From Cenococcum geophilum (lineage: Eukaryota): a stretch of DNA of 64,000 nucleotides. The notes beneath the pieces were generated by a model that saw nothing but the letters and a program-made list of their open reading frames with translations, was not told where the DNA came from and made no database searches. Of this stretch, positions 1-11,728 are shown piece after piece (position 1 is the stretch's first letter; the number at the start of each line of letters is the position of its first letter). Both the position numbers and the translations under genes were made by a program. The stretch lies in contig CP158635.1 in NCBI GenBank assembly GCA_050273025.1, forward strand, positions 13,144,001 to 13,208,000. The letters run 5' to 3'.

Positions 1-1383
1 AATATATCCCTTTTTTCTACATCTAAAATATTCTCTATTTGCAGCTTATATTCTTTATTTGTTAGTTTTTAAGGGTGTATAGGATTAAGTAGCGTTAAGG
101 TCCATAGGGTTATATATAGGGCTTTTAGGTCTTAAAAACGGATTGCGCTTTAGGGTATATACCAATTTTATAAAATTTTAAACGCAAGGTATAGTTAGCT
201 TTAGAGAATAAGTTTATTTATTATATTAAAGGTCCTTATTAATTTGTTAATATATTATAGCAAATTTAGGTAAGTTCTTTAGTAGTTCTTTACCTACTAG
301 CTATGCTCTAATTTTATCTAAAATAGCTTAATAGAGAGTAGTAACTTTAGCGGCTTTATTCTAATCTAGTTTACTAATAAGGCCTAAAAATTCCAAAAAG
401 AAGCTAGTAAAGTCTCGGTTCCATTATTATAGGTTTTTAAGTTTAGTAATAGCTGTGTGTTTGCAGCTAGCGTTATTATACGTTCGTTCTAGTAGAGAGA
501 TAAAGATTTTAAAATTAACGAAGGTGCCGTTACGGAAGAATAGGTCTATAGTTTATATAGCGACTTTACTTAAACGAGACATTCTATAGCTAATCTTACT
601 AGCTTTAGTAGGGTATTGGTTATAGTTTATTAAAAGTTTAAGATAGAGCTTAGTTATAAAGGGATATAGGTTATTTTAATTTCCATTAAATATTAGAGGG
701 TTAGGGAGCTTTTTAGATTTTGTAGTAGGTACTAGGTTTATTATAGGTACGGGTTAAGCTACCGTTACTAGTTTGGGGTTTATATTTAACAGGTTAGGTT
801 CGTATATAGTTATTTTAATTTTGTTTATAGGTGTTACTATTAGGGTCTCTACTATAAGTACTTTAGGGTTACGGAGTTCTTCGCGGATTGCTCCTATTAA
901 TTACTAGTGCTAAGATTCTAATATCACTCGGTATTAGGCCAAAGCATCTATAAAGGACTATTGTATTATAGTTAACTATTCCCTAACTAGGGCTATAATG
1001 CTTATAGTTAACGCGGAGGGTTCGAGTTCGTTTGCCATTTTAATAGTGGTTATTTTAATGTAACATAATATAAGGGCGCGAAGAGACTTTAGGGAAGATT
1101 TAAAGGAATAATATAAATTCTATCTAAATCTAAGGGTATATAGCTCTCGTTAAGAACAAGACGTTACGTAAAGAAGAAAAGGGAATAATAAGAGAATTAT
1201 ATAATTAAATAGTCAGGGGCTTAGTGGTCGATGTGTGCGTACGTACGCACGCGGTCTTTGACGGACTTTGGTAGAATTTAATTAATCTAGCAGAATTCGG
1301 CAGAATTTGGTCAAAGCGTCGGAATTTATCTGTCGAGTGTTTTACTGAGACATTCCTATTATAACTAGGCTAGTCCCGTTACA
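1..1383 (-). mobile_element. Ty3/Gypsy family A, copy A1: 5' LTR (1069-1383) and RIP-inactivated gag (ATG at 1038, runs off the window start)
   Basis: Reverse complement begins TGTAACGGGACTAGCC, matching the LTR at 24699. De-RIPed gag reads ..KLPNPPMF..FVTKLRLKL..YPTEASKISY..ENLRQRNRDFASFFSEF (retrotransposon gag). It interrupts pol of B1 at 1383/1384. Confidence 0.88.
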
Positions 1384-4348
1384 GTAATAACAAGCTAAGA
1401 TAATATAGTATTAAGTAGGAGTAACTTATAAAGAAACAGACAAAGGACTAAGTTATATACTAAAGAAATACCATAAGTATAGTAAGAAACTATAGTTACT
1501 AGAAAGTAAGAAGCTATTAAAATATATAGTATAGAACTATAAGATAGAATTAAAACTAGAAATAAGTTTAAGGTTCTTTCTAATTTATAAGCTTACTAAA
1601 GAGGAAGGAAGAGCACTAAAAGAGTTTATCTAAGAGAACTTATAAAAGGGATATATTAAACCATTATAGTTATTAGCAGGTTATCCAGTACTATTCGTAC
1701 TAAAGAAAAACGGGAAACTTAGGCTATGTATTAACTATAGATAGTTAAACAGCATTACTAGAAAGGATAGGTATCCTTTACCCTTAATTAGCGAAATCTA
1801 AGATAGGATTAGCAATATATAAATCTTTACAAAGATAGATCTAAGATAGGCGTACTATTAGATTAGAATTAAGGAAGGCAATAAATAGAAGGCAGCTTTT
1901 AGGTTAAAGAAAGAACTATATAAACTATTAGTAATATAGTTTAGGCTTATAAACGTACTAGCAACGTTTTAAAAACGTATTAATAATATATTAAGAGAGC
2001 ACTTAGATGAATTTATTATGGTATACCTTAACAATATTATTATCTACTTAATAAGTAAGGAAAAGTATAAAGAATACGTTAAATAGGTCTTAAAGAGATT
2101 ATAAGAAGAATAGATGCTAGTAGCAATTAAGAAATGCAAATTCTTTACTAGGAAGATAGATTTTATTAGATTTATTATTAAACCAGGCCAACTTAGTATA
2201 GATTTAAAAAAGATTAAGGCTATAGTAAATTGGCAAGAACTAGAGAACGTTACGCAGCTAAAATCGTTCCTAGGGTTTTGCAATTACTGCAGAAGGTTTA
2301 TAGCTTAATAGTTAAAGGATATTAAGCTATTTATAAGGTTAATAAAGAAAGAAGAACCTTAGGTATAGGGAGAAGAGCAAAGGAAACTATTTAAGGAGGT
2401 TAAGGAGTTATTTACTTAAGACCTAATCCTTAAAATCTACTAACTAAAATTAAAGATAGTGGTCAAAATAGATGTATTAGACTTTATACTAGGGATATAC
2501 TTTCTATAAAAATATAAAGACGGATAGCACCTAGTAGCATACTATAGTTAAAAGATAATATTACCGGAACTAAACTATGACATCTATAACAAGGAGTTAT
2601 TAGATATAGTTACAGTACTTTAAGAATAAAGAGTATTCTTATAAGGTATAGAAAAACTATTTATAGTTAAAACAGATTATAAGAACCTAACGGGGTTTCT
2701 AATAATAAAAGAACTTAACTAAAAATAAGTTAGATAGATAGAAATGCTTATAAAATATTATTTTAAGATTTAGTATACTAAGGGTATAGATAATATATAA
2801 GCAGATACTCTAAGTAAAAAAGCTAAACTATAGAACAATAAAAAGCCATTAGGGGCTTTACTGCGAAAAGACATAGACGGATTAATTAGATATAATTATC
2901 TAAAGATTATAGTAATAAAAGAAATTAGCTAGACCTATAAATTACTAGAGAGTAACTAGTTATAAAAGATCTAAGATATATAGGCAGAGAATCCGAACTT
3001 AGAGCAGTACGAAAACTAAGAAGTAATATACGTGCCTAGAAATATCACAAGAGAGTTTATTAAGTTATTTTATAAGGGATTAACTTAAGGATATAATGGA
3101 GCTATAGGCTTAGTATTAAGACTCTAAGAGGAGTACATTATTAATGGAATTTAGGGATTAGCAAGATAAGTTATAAAGGAATATCTAAATTACTAAAGAA
3201 ATAAACTAATAAGATATAAGCTATATAGAGGGCTACAACCTATTAAAATACTAGAGAGACTATAGAAGGTTATATTATAGGACTTTATTGTAAAGTTGCT
3301 AAAATTAAGAGATCCTATTACTAAATAAGATTATAACGTAATCTTAGTAATAGTAAACAAGCTAATAAAGTAGGGATACTTTATAGCATACACAAAGGAA
3401 ATCTTAGTAGAAGATATCGCTAGAATCTATATTAAAGAAGTATTCGCAAGATATAAAGCACTAAGTAAAATTATATTAGATAGAGATTTAAGATTTATAG
3501 CAGTATTTTAGGAGGTATTTTTAGCGGAACAAAGAGTTTAAGTAGTAACTTCTACCGTATATTATCTATAGACAGACAGTTAAATAGAAAGATTAAATTA
3601 GATACTAGAGCAGTATCTAAGACACTATATTAATTATACATAGAATAATTAGGTATTATTATTACTAGTTATATAGTTCGCATATAATATAACACCTTAA
3701 GAAGGAATAGGAATATTACTATTTAAGGCGAATTACGGATATAAGCCAAAAACATTATTATTGCTATAATAAGTAAAGAAAATAAGTAGTAGAGCTAAGT
3801 AAAGAATAGAGATACTAATAAATCTTTATATAAACCTTACGGAAATAGTAAAGGTAGTATAGTAAAGAATAAAAAGGTACTATAACGCTAAGAGATCTAA
3901 GGGACTAGATTTTAAGGAGGGAGATAAAGTGTAGCTACTATATAAAATTTTTAAAAGTTAACAACTAAGTAAGAAGCTAAACTATATTAGGCTAGGACCT
4001 TTTAAAATTAAAAAGAGAATTTTATTAGTTATATTTAAGTTAAACCTACCAGCCAAAATTAAGATCTACCCTATATAGCATATTATAATGCTAGAGCCAG
4101 TATACGGGAATATTAAGCCACCGGTCTATAAAGCAGACACGTATAAAGGATAAGAAGAAGATAAATAGTAAGTTTTAAAGATTGTTAATTACAAGGACGT
4201 TAATAATAAAATATAGTATAAAGTAAAGTGGATAGGCTATAATAAGACTACCTGGGAACTACTAGAAAACTTAAAGAACGCTATAGAAAAGGTACAGGAG
4301 TATTAAAAGAGAAAAGGTTAGGCAATATTAATAAAGAAGAATTGCTAA
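1384..4348 (+). pseudogene. pol: RIP-inactivated Gypsy pol (RT, RNase H, integrase, chromodomain) of B1
   Basis: VYL(D)(D)IIIY at ~2021-2047; ORF-track fragment ..KSFLGFCNYCRRFIA; NYDIYDKELLxI at ~2575-2605; chromodomain ..YxVKWxGYxETTWEPLENLKNA at ~4215-4285. The 3' end is approximate. Confidence 0.92.
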
Positions 4349-4953
4349 AGAACGAACCACCTAAGGGGGATATAGGAAGAACGATTGCCGAATTACTTAG
4401 AGTTATTTCCTTCTCTACTAGAAGAGAATCTATTCTTTTATTGCTAAGTTCCTATAAGCCTTATTCTACAAGTTTCTACTCCTTAAAATAAACCTTTTTA
4501 TAAACTTTCTTAAGACGGATTAACTAAGCGGATATAGCCAGACGAGAATCTAGAGCGCGCTATTAAGCATTAGCTGCCTCTTTTTTAGCATTATAGAAAC
4601 GACAAAGTTTAAACAACGCTACTAAGAGCTTATTATCAAGCTTCGCAGTAGCTAATTAAACCCAAAACCCTAGTAGCAATTAATAAGGGAACTTAAAAAC
4701 TACTTAAAGTAATAGGGCGCGTATACTTAGCGTTAAAAACTAAGTAAATATTATAGGACAATTATATATTCGCTTTAGTACACTCTAAGTAAGAGGATAG
4801 TTGCTAAGATAAAGGACTTACTAATACAATATAGACTAACCCCTTTTTCGCATAACAAGAATATAGAGAGAGCATTATTTCACTAAGAGATAATATTATA
4901 GCAATGGTATAAGACTAATAAGCTATAGAAGAGGATAAAGGAGCCTTAGGTAT
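4250..4953 (-). pseudogene. Antisense accessory ORF of Gypsy B1: Zn(II)2Cys6-like cluster + coiled coil, one 55-bp intron (4724-4670); RIP-inactivated
   Basis: De-RIPed: MPKAPSSSS..GEIMLSP-C-SR-C-AKKGLV-C-IVLASPSSRQPSS-C-SE-C-TKANMRSS-C-DVRSVSDAEW|FWVQSATAKLDDELSAALSELRRFHDAEKEAADAQQRALDSRL.. The six Cys positions are TAT/TAC/TGT. The stop position is uncertain. Confidence 0.72.
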
Positions 4954-5061
4954 TATAAGTAAGGATATTAACCAAATTAATTAGACGGATATTATACCTC
5001 TAGTAAATAACCTAGAGATACTAGGTATCTTTAAGGACAAAGATAAAGAGGAGGGAGATAG

Positions 5062-5463
5062 TATTACGGACGCTTTAAGTACAATACTATAACTACTAGG
5101 AGAGGAGTTGGAAGAAGCTAGTTAGTTAATATAAGCACAGTCTAGAATAGAGCCGATAAAACTATATAATAAGGAATAGTAATTAGGTTATATAATATAA
5201 TCTATAAGATCTACTATAGAGTAAATAGAGTAGATAGAGCAGATAGAGTAACAACTTTCTTAGGAGTATAGTTATATATTTAAGGACCCTTAGTCCCTAC
5301 CTAGATAGTTCCTTTCCTTATAGTAATTCTTAGAATATAATTAGAGTTAATTTATTAGGCAACCACTCTACTAGTTATTATTACGTTGTTGACTATTCAC
5401 GCACCTATAAACCTAGCCTATTAATAGAACCCACCGTAGTTCCTGCTACAAGGTTCCGTTACA
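5062..5463 (+). repeat. Family B 3' LTR
   Basis: T(g>a)TTACGGACGCT...GTTCCGTTACA, directly preceded by the PPT. Confidence 0.9.
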
Positions 5464-8400
5464 CTCTTAGGTAAATAACTCCTTAAGTTTCTTAAATAAC
5501 TTCCCTTACTTATCTCTCTATACCTATAGTTCCTCTTTCTTTATAAGCCTAGTAAACGGTTTAATATTCTTTAACTATTATGCTATAAACCTTCTATAGT
5601 AGTTATAAAATCCTAAAAATAACCTTAACTATATTACATTCTCTAGTTTCTACTAACTCACCATAGCTTTAATCTTCTTTAGGTCTATACTAATATAACC
5701 TAGTTTAATAATAAATCCTACAAAATTGGTCTTCCTTATAAAGAACTCATATTTCTTAATTGCTACTAGTATCTATTCTTTTTATAGTCTCTTTAAGACC
5801 TATTTAATATATTCTTTATATTCTTCCTTTATTATTCAGTAGATAATAATATTATCAAAATATACTATAATAAATTTATTAAAGTATTCTCCTAACATAC
5901 TGTTAATTCTCTTTTAAAATATTACTAGTATATTTATTAACCTAAATTATATTACTAATAGTTTATATAGTCCTTCTCTTAACCTAAAGGCTGCCTTTTA
6001 TTTATTGCCTTCCTTAATTCTAATCTAATAGTACACCCATCTTAGATCTATCTTTATAAACATTTGCGCATTACCTATCCGATCCTAAATTTCACTAATT
6101 AGGGGTAAAGGATACCTATCCTTTTAAGTAATGCTATTTAACTATCTATAGTTAATATATAACCTAAGTTTCCCATTCTTCTTTAGTATAAATAATACTA
6201 GATAACCTACTAATAACTGTAATGGTTTAATGTATCCCTTTTATAAGTTTTCTTAGACAAACTCCTTAAGTGCTCTTAACTTCTCTTAGGTAAGTTTATA
6301 GGTTAAAAAGAACCTTAGACTTATTCCTAGTTCTAACTCTATCTTATAGTCCTATACTATATAATCTACTAGCTTTTTACTTTCTGGGCTCTATAGTTTC
6401 TTACTATACTTATAGTATCTCTTTAGTATATAACTTAAGCTTCGCTTAGTTTCTTTATATATCGCTCCAATTTAGTACTATACTAACTTAGTTTGCTATC
6501 GCATTTTACGTTATTAAGTATCCCTAATATTAACCTAACCTATAATCTAATTAATTTTTGGGTTATATTTCTATAACTAAGGCACTCCTAATACTGCCTC
6601 GTCCTGTCCTAACGGTAGGATATTAAAGGACATCTTAATTTATCTTCCTTTAATAGTTATCTAAATAGGTCCTATTTTAAGACTAATAATCCCTCCTCTA
6701 TAAGCTATTAGATCCCCTAAAATTATAACTAATAGGTAAGATTACTCCTTCTATCTATAAGGTAATCCTATTCTTTTAATTACTACTAGTAAGATATAGT
6801 TCCGCGTTGCTCTACTATCTATTAGTGCTTTAATCTGCTAATCTTACTAATTAACTTATAAATTTAGGTACTATCCTTAAATTCCTTTAAGGGTCTAAGG
6901 CTCTACTACTAGCTCCCTCTAGTCCTATAGGCCTCTACTTTTCCTAACTATTGGCTGCTTAATCCTTATATACTTGGCTCATTCTTTAGCTAATACTTAG
7001 TTTGCTTTTTATCTTTAATATACTATAGATATATATTTTCTAGGTATTCTTACCACTATTATCCGTCTAAGCATTCTTTTATAAGGAATCTTCCTAGTTA
7101 AAGTATTAAGTCTTTTATTTCTTAAACTTTTGCTAGATGCCAGCTGTAACGTTTCCCGCCCTAACGTCGCCATTCGGCCAAAAAGACACGGAGTGCTTGC
7201 GATATTGTTCGCAAGCGCGGCGGGATCTAATATATATACTCTTACACCAGCTGTGTATATACTTAGCATTTCTATACTATTGCTTATTTAGCGCCCAATA
7301 TATCCTTATAGGGTACTTCCGATTCTTTTCTTTTAAATTCTTATATATCTTATATATACTATCTACGCATGCAATCTATAATAGCATATAGTACGCTAGG
7401 TGTTTTAGGTTAACTCTTAACTTATCTTTATTTTTAAGTTTAAACCTTTATCGTATTAATCTAAACATTATAACTTTATTTATAGGTACTAAGATACGTC
7501 TCTCGCTTTTCTAGTCCTCTAATCGTTTTTTTAGATCCTTTAACGTTATAATTAAGGCTTCTTTAATATAATTTATTGCCTTCTCTGTAATTAGGTAGTC
7601 CTAGATAACTTATTTATCTAACTATATATAGAAATCTTCCTACTTATTATTGTGTTGCTATTTATAACACTTTTAGTACAGTTACTAGAGTGTATATAGT
7701 TTGTCCGTAAGGAAGTATCTTCTTATTACTATATTATAATAGCCCTTTATATGTTATTCTTTGAACCTAATAGGGATCCCTAAATCCTCTTTATTTTCTA
7801 GTTTAGTAAGCTATTTAGCTCTTAATATGCCTGCCCTAGGCCTATTAATAATTCTTTATATAGGTATTCTGTCCCTTATACAACCTAATATGCTAGATCT
7901 TTTATCTAGTTTCTGTTCTTACTATACGAGAATTCTTTATCTAAACTCCGTTATAGTTTTTTTTAGTTTTCGTTATGTAAGTAAATTCTTAAAGTCTTCT
8001 TACTTCTTAATCTTTATTTGTTTAATAGCCCTTATTTATATTTAAAAGTCTTAGTTCTATAGGATTCTTAATCTTAAGCTTGCTTCTATCTTAAGCTTAG
8101 CTCTTACCTTAGTTTAACTAGGCTTCTACAGTGTTCTTATCTCGTCTTAAGAGTCTTAAATCTCACTCATCTTATCTTAAGAGTTTTGTGTTTTTTAGAA
8201 ACTTTGTCCTAAGCTCATTTATATATTACTAAACTAAGCCGTTACTCTGCTCTATTGGTTATTATCTATTATAGGTTCTTAAGCTTGCCTTATTTTATCT
8301 TAAGAATCTTAATTATCTCTTATCTTACCTTAAGATTCTTAAGCCTTTAGCCTTTTGCCTTTATTAAGTGCTGAAGTAGTTTACTGTCCTACCCCTCTTG

Positions 8401-10323
8401 CGTCTTATAAAGCGATAGACATTGTATCTAATAGGGTCTTATTCCCTACTAATATTCCCTATTTTATAGTGGAATTATTTTTTACCTCTTTTATAATATC
8501 TCTAAGGTCTATATACTCCTAGTAAGCTGCCTTTATTACCTTATTATTACGGAATGCTTCGTCTATATTAAATTTATTATCCTTAATATCCGATTTATAA
8601 GATAGTTTATTAGTTCCTCTAAACTCTAATAATTTTAGCTCCTATAGCCAATAGCTTACGCTATACTTAGCGTCCTTATAAATTCGGCATGCATTATTAT
8701 AATAAAACGTAAAACTTTTAATTAAATATTCTTTTATTCCTTATAACACATTATTATCCCTCTATACGTATATGTCGTCCGCTAGTCTTATTCCTTTTAC
8801 TATATAGTAACTCTAACCACTTTTATAGTCTTTAACGTAGTAACCTTATTTTCCGCAATTTATATAAGCTCCTTCTTTAAACTATTTTTCTTACTATAGA
8901 GTCCGCCTAAATATCTTGTACTATTATAATCCCTAGTTTGGCCTCTACTCCTTAAACCTTTAATTACTTAATCCTTATCCTTTAGGTTTCTATAGTTATT
9001 TATTTTATTTCTTATTTTCTCTAGTACCACTTAGGTCTATTGGCTTTGCGCTATACTATAGTTTTTAACTTTAACTTTATCGTTGCGTGCCCTACGCCTT
9101 ATATAACTACAGAACTCTATTCTAACCCTTTTTAGTCTACTCTCTTTAGTAGATCCTATTATTAATCTTAATTACTTAATTAATTAAATCCCTAAGAGTA
9201 TCCGTATCTTCTATTAGGATAATTATATCCTAGACTTTTGCTTTAAGTCCCTGTTTATATTATGCCATAAGCGCTTTATTATTCTATTTAACCTATATTG
9301 CTAATATTTAAAATTATATTGTATATTTGATTGCTAAAGTCCTCTATACTAGGTTTTAATGCTTTCTTTTTACTATAGTAGTTACCTCTAAGTCTCTAAA
9401 TATCTGCGTTAAGCATTTTATAAACCCGCTTTAACTTAAGAATATATACCATATCTTCTAATTAGTAGTTATTACACTATGCTCCTATACCTCCGTAATG
9501 TAAGATTTAAACCGCTTAAGTGCCCTTCCTATTAAGAATAATCCTGCGTAAGCGACTTAATCTATAGGAGTTCCTAGTTTAACTCCTTTATATATAACCT
9601 TAAAGTGCATTTACGTAAGAAATCCCTTAAGTTTTAACTTCTTCCCTAAAAATCGTTTAATTAAGGGTAACTTAACCTTAGCTGCTCTAATCCCGTTAAT
9701 CCTTTCTTTAAGTATTCTATTATTATCTATTAATTAATTAACTATTTCCTATAGCTGTCTAATAGTAACTAGTTGCGAGTTAGTATCTACTATACTAGTG
9801 TTATTACCTAATCCTAAGGTAGTTGCTACTATGGACGCCGTCGTAGCTACTACTTTTAGTAGCATATTGTTTGACTTCTTTTATTATAACCTTGGTAGTA
9901 AATATATAATAAAGCCTTATAGGAAATACTACGGTGAACTTATTAATAGGCTAAGTATATAGGTATAGAATAGTCAACAACGTAAATATAATTAGTAGAG
10001 TGTTTGCCTAATAAATTAACTCTAATTATATTCTAAGATTTACTATAAAGAGAAGAACTATCTAAGTAGGGACTGTAGTCCTTTAAATATATAACCGTAC
10101 TCCTAAGAAATCCTCCTTATACGTAAGGTACGTCTCTTATATAAGGTATATAAGTTTCTCTTGTTCCTCTCGTTTAATACGTAGCATATTATATAACCTT
10201 AGTTACTATTCCTCGTTATATAGTTCTACCAGCTCTATCTTAGACTGTGCCTTAATTAACTAACTAGCTGCTTCCGACTCCTCTCCTAGTAGTTGTAACA
10301 TTGTACTTAAAGCGTCTGTAACA
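5464..10323 (-). mobile_element. Gypsy family B, copy B2 (5' part): 5' LTR 9905-10323, long gag (ATG ~9865), protease, RT truncated at 5464 by B1
   Basis: CCHC knuckle EGACINCGKQGHYAKDC at ~8826-8875; protease IKALIDSGATRNYI at ~6800-6835; RT 5464-6450 is the reverse complement of 1450-2360. Confidence 0.9.
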
Positions 10324-11728
10324 TTAGGTAAGGGGATAAAGTAGTAACTTAAGATATAAGCGTCGCTTCTATACTTAAAATAAAGGCTATATTTAATACG
10401 TCGTTTATATTTAGTAAATCCTTTTAGGGCGTAGAAGAGGGTTTTAGCGTTAATATTTATAGCGTCTATGTCCTTACGGGTGTTATATGGCTAGGGGGTA
10501 AAGTATTAAAGTATATATTTTAGGGCGAGGCGTAGTATATTATTATATAGGCCGTTAATAATATTAGCGTAGGTAGTAAGGATATTTAGCAGTTTAACTC
10601 CTATAAGGGAAGCCTTTAGTTTAGAGTTTAAGGATTCTACTAGGCGATTAATTAAGACGGGTTCGTTCTATCTAGTCTTTTTAGTATAGCGGTAGAACTT
10701 AGTAAAGTATAATAGGAAGCTCTTAGAGCTATATATTATCTTATTTAGTTTCCTTTATACTATTATAATTTAGTTAAGGTCGCTATAAAATACTTCTAGT
10801 ATAGTAACTAGTTTTTTTTATAGTGTTTGGCTAAAACGGGTATATAGTTTCCGCGGTATCTCCTATTAGACGGCTTATAGCATAACGTAGTTAATTATTA
10901 GGGGTGGGGTAGCAATTAATATTACCGTTTAGCTTATTCTTAAGTTAGTTAAGAAAGGAGCGTAGTTTATTCCTTTTACCTAAATAGGTAGGAGGATTAG
11001 GGAGATATTTAGTTAGCTTCTTTACAGAGGTACTAATTAGTAAATTTAGGGTTAAGAAGCTAGTCCTAGATATATCTTCTTTATTTAGTACTTATAGGTT
11101 AATACTAGTAGAAACGGGTGGGGGCGACGGTATAGTAAATAGTGGGTTATAGCGGATTTCTTTAATTTCTTTTTTTTAGGGATCTAATTATTTTTTAGTA
11201 TTAAGCCTTTTACTAAGCGAGGGTATTTATAAAGGCCTATTACAGGCCCTTTATTTATTTAGTAAATATATTATATAAGTTGGTTATAAATATAGGGGCT
11301 TCTAAGTTGTTCTATATATTAGACAGGGCGAGGTAATATAGGTTTAACGTAATGTAATATTACAGAGTAAGTATAAGTGACGATAATATATAGTAAAGTA
11401 GGTATTATTAAGCTATGTATATAAATTGTATAATAAGATTAAGATATTATATAAGGAAAGAAGGTAAGAAAACGGGAAGAAAGGGTATATATTATTAACT
11501 TAGTTGCCTAGTTAATATATATATAAGGCAGAATAGAGTTTAGGTTATAGTCCTAGTAGAACTTAGCAGAATTTGGTAGAACTTGGCAGAATATAGCAGA
11601 ATGCCGTAGATTGCCGTTAAATTGCCATTAGATTGCCATTAAATTGCTATTTCGCGGTTAGTCTCTAATTGCTAAGTTAGTAAAAACAGGTAGACGTATA
11701 TAAGGTGTTACGGGGGTGTCCTATAACA
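10324..11728 (-). mobile_element. Gypsy family C, copy C1 (5' LTR 11358-11728 + gag, interrupted by B2)
   Basis: LTR is the reverse complement of the 26873-27251 type (TGTTATAGGACACCCCCGTAACACC). Gag is homologous to 27286-28470, with the knuckle (LCFKCGSDAH..) cut at 10324. Confidence 0.87.

Larger units (their letters stand above)
1384..5463 (+). mobile_element. Ty3/Gypsy chromovirus family B, copy B1 (3' part: pol, antisense ORF, PPT, 3' LTR)
   Basis: RT-RH-IN-chromo remnants, PPT aaagaggagggagatag ending 5061, and LTR 5062-5463 homologous to 9905-10323 and 19813-20263. Confidence 0.92.

Noticed and set aside
2114..2308. Intact RT gene
   Set aside because: Only a stop-free island within a RIP-killed pol; the same applies to 33468-33752 (protease region).
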